Shown one piece after another: positions 49,863-52,581 of a stretch of 52,581 nucleotides of DNA. The position numbers and the translations under genes were made by a program. Below the pieces are notes generated by a model. That model ran no database searches and was not told the DNA's origin. It was given only the letters and a program-made list of their open reading frames with translations. Source of the stretch: Chiloscyllium plagiosum. Lineage: Eukaryota. The stretch's first letter is position 1, and each line of letters starts with the position of its first letter. The DNA lies in the NCBI RefSeq assembly GCF_004010195.1, contig NC_057719.1, positions 32,303,153 through 32,355,733 on the forward strand, written 5' to 3'.

Positions 49863-50535
49863 ACTTGCATGAATTGTCTGATTCCTCCAAAATGGACTGT
49901 TTATGACACGTACATACTCCAATATAGTCCATTTGAATGTATGGGAAGTATATGCTTCATAGTCATTTACTTTTTACTATTCATTCATCTTAATAGTCTT
50001 CTGTAAATAAAACTATTTGTTGCTCCAGTGCCAATTGCTTGATTTGGAAAGCTCACATGATAATATGCTCCAATGGCTAGTGTACAGATTAAGAGTTCTC
50101 CATTAGGTCTCATCAGTTTTACTATCCCATCCTTAATATAAGACTTTGTGCATTTGTAAAGATCAATAAGTTTTGCTAAATCCATATAAATATTTCCATG
50201 GGTTATGGTAACCTATAAGGAAACCTTTGAATGTGACAATTAGTAACTACTTTCCCTCATTAGCTTAGATTGCAAAATCATTCTCAAAATTGATTAAACT
50301 GAGTTTCGAAATAGCTTTCATTTAACATTGCTGAAGGTAACTTTAGCTTCTTGTAGATTGCTGGTTTTTAAGTGAAAGTTTTCCCTTCAGCCCAGGCAGA
50401 CTACATCTGCTTCTCCCACACCTAGCAAATCAAAAACTGAACATTTTGCAGGTAATTCCTGAGACTGCCACCTAGGACCTTTAGCAATGCCACTCAAGAC
50501 TTGGCACAAGTAAAGCATAAACAAAAATTTCCTCC

Positions 50536-50671
50536 GTTCTGAGGAAGGGTGACTCGATCCAAAATGATAAGTCTGATTTCTCTCCACAGATGCTGCCAGA
50601 TCTGCTGAGGATTCCCTGCAATCTCTATTTTTGTTTCTGATTTATAGCATCTGCAGTTCTTTCCATTTTTA
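50536..50671 (+). mobile_element. PLE-terminal fragment with a decayed hammerhead
   Basis: ttctgaggaagggtgactcgatccaaaatg..ctctccacagatgctgccagatctgctgag..agcatctgcagttctt. Confidence 0.75.
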
Positions 50672-52430
50672 TTAAGGCAAAGCATCTGCTCCATTTGCTT
50701 CACCTTGAATTTTGGATTTAAATTTGCATATTTAAAAAGTTTAACGTCTTTTTCAGGTGACTGTCGGAATAACAATAAGCTGAGACAACAGGATACCTAG
50801 CACACTTCAGATCCAGATTCAGCACGACAGTTTGCAACCTGTAAGTTGAATCTCAGCAATACCTGAGAGATGAATTTTCCCTCCTTATTACAAAAACAGG
50901 TAATTGCTTTATTTGTGTGCTATATTAAATAAAACTGCTTCGAGGAGGTGGATCAACTCACCATAACCATGTTGCTTTGTAATGAATTATGAACAAGCTT
51001 TATGTTGTAAAAACATATCATTTATATACAAGATTTTTATCCTTTGTAAATATTCATTAATATTTATGAAGCTAAGACCTTTTAGAGATAATTAAACTGT
51101 TATTTGGTCACATTATTTTCAGCAGAATATTACACCAGGGTTTTGCAATGTTTGCCTTTAATACTTTCAGCGTAATCTTAAATTTTTGATTCTATGATAT
51201 AGATTTGAACAGTCAACAATCTTTTACATTTGCTTGGGTGCCACAGCATCCACTTTCTGTTGAACGCTCAATGTGTTTTTCGTGCCTCCACTTCAGTCTC
51301 CAGGTCAGGAGAGGTTTTTAGATATAAACCACCATGTGTATTTAAGCTCTTAATGATTGAAACTTACATATTCCAAATAAAGGAGGCATTTGTGTTATCA
51401 TAACTTAAATGAGCTACTGTTACAGATATTTGATTTGGATTTTATTATCACATGTACTCAAGTACAAGATACAGAGGTACAGTGAAATGTGTATATTGTC
51501 ACCACACAAGTACCATCTTTGGTACAAGTACCTAGGTACAGAATCTTAAAACCAAGGTAGGAAGAAAGAACAAAGTCAAAAGTTAAATATTGCAATAATT
51601 CTAATATAGCATAAATCATACATAATAAGGTTGGAAGTTACACATTGCAGACCTTCTTAGTTTAAAGTAGAAAATAAAGAAATAAAGCTGAAAGTTCAAA
51701 TATTACAGTCCTTCTTAAGTGCTGGTAGATGCTGAATGTTAGCTTGGGCAAGGAAACAGAACATATGGCAAAGAAACAAATGAAATATTCGCTGGTATGC
51801 TTCAGAGGGGCCACCTGAATTTAACTGAAAACATTATCTTGAAATTAAAGATATTAGAATGTTCTTGAAGCAACATTGGATGCTAGCAAGGCAGGGTCAT
51901 TAAGGATTGACCAGCTCGTGTGGGTCTCAATTGTTTTTGTCTTTAATTGACAATATTAAATGTATCAGCTTTGTATTTAATTTATCTCAAGTATTGTAGT
52001 GAATATCCCATCTATTAAAAACATTCAGAGTCCCAATTCTTTTCTGGGATCAAAACCCATAGGGTGGGAACAATTTTGGGTTCTAACCCCAAGTTGTTTC
52101 AGTGCCTGACCCATAAGCAACAGTCAACAAACAGGCTGTTCAGTGGTCAGTGGGTGTACCTGAAGTCACTTAAGAATCGGGTGGCACCCTGTTGGCAATG
52201 GGTGACCCGTCAATCATTACTGCAGTTGCCAGTGGAATGGGAAGTGTATGGAAAAGATCAGTGGCAGAGCAGAAGACCAGACAACTATTCCAAGGCAGCC
52301 CCATAGCACAGACTGCCTTCCTTGAGGTTCACTTGGAGGCAGTGTCAGTGCAGAAGGCCATCTATTCCTGGAGAGTGGCAGAGGCCAGCCAAGCAGACCA
52401 AAGAGGCCTTTCTGGGGATGGCAGTGTTAG

Positions 52431-52581
52431 GTAAAAACAATGACTGCAGATGGTGGACACCAGATTCTGGATTAGTGGTGCTGGAAGAGCACCATAGCAC
52501 AGTTCAGGCAGCATCCAAGGAGCAGCGAAATCGACGTTTCGGGCAAAAGCCCTTCATCAGGAATAAAGGCAGAGAGCCTGA
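52431..52581 (-). mobile_element. Young PLE 3' end with an intact hammerhead core (52529-52564); runs off the window end
   Basis: Nearly identical to 15918-16073; minus strand cctgatgaagggcttttgcccgaaacgtcgattt. Confidence 0.9.

Noticed and set aside
51428..51560. Possible Rex1-like LINE 3' tail on the minus strand
   Set aside because: Short AT-rich resemblance without coding support.
52030..52430. Possible non-autonomous DNA transposon and two 80 aa ORFs
   Set aside because: No termini or protein motifs could be defined, and it is cut by the PLE at the window end.
1..52581. CRISPR arrays, operons or prokaryotic systems
   Set aside because: No repeat-spacer arrays or gene-dense organisation; the content is vertebrate interspersed repeats.

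Overview
Eukaryotic, repeat-dominated genomic DNA with no recognisable host protein-coding gene. The repeat inventory (CR1/HER1-type LINEs, HE1-like V-SINEs, Deu-domain SINEs, several Penelope-like families) points to a cartilaginous fish, probably a shark; this is inference from remembered repeat families, not a database result. The window holds about ten CR1 copies or fragments, many Penelope-like elements (PLEs) carrying minimal hammerhead ribozyme motifs, RTE, L2 and Gypsy relics, two MITEs, a probable solo LTR and two assembly gaps. The stand-out is a decayed but apparently full-length (~4.1 kb, 4048-8186) AT-rich R2-type retrotransposon (zinc fingers, Myb, RT, CCHC knuckle, restriction-like endonuclease). 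It sits at the broken 3' end of a CR1 rather than in 28S rDNA, and its 5' end carries a well-formed HDV-like ribozyme with a very long P4 and a leader resembling the 28S sequence upstream of the R2 site. All calls were made by eye; boundaries of old elements are approximate.
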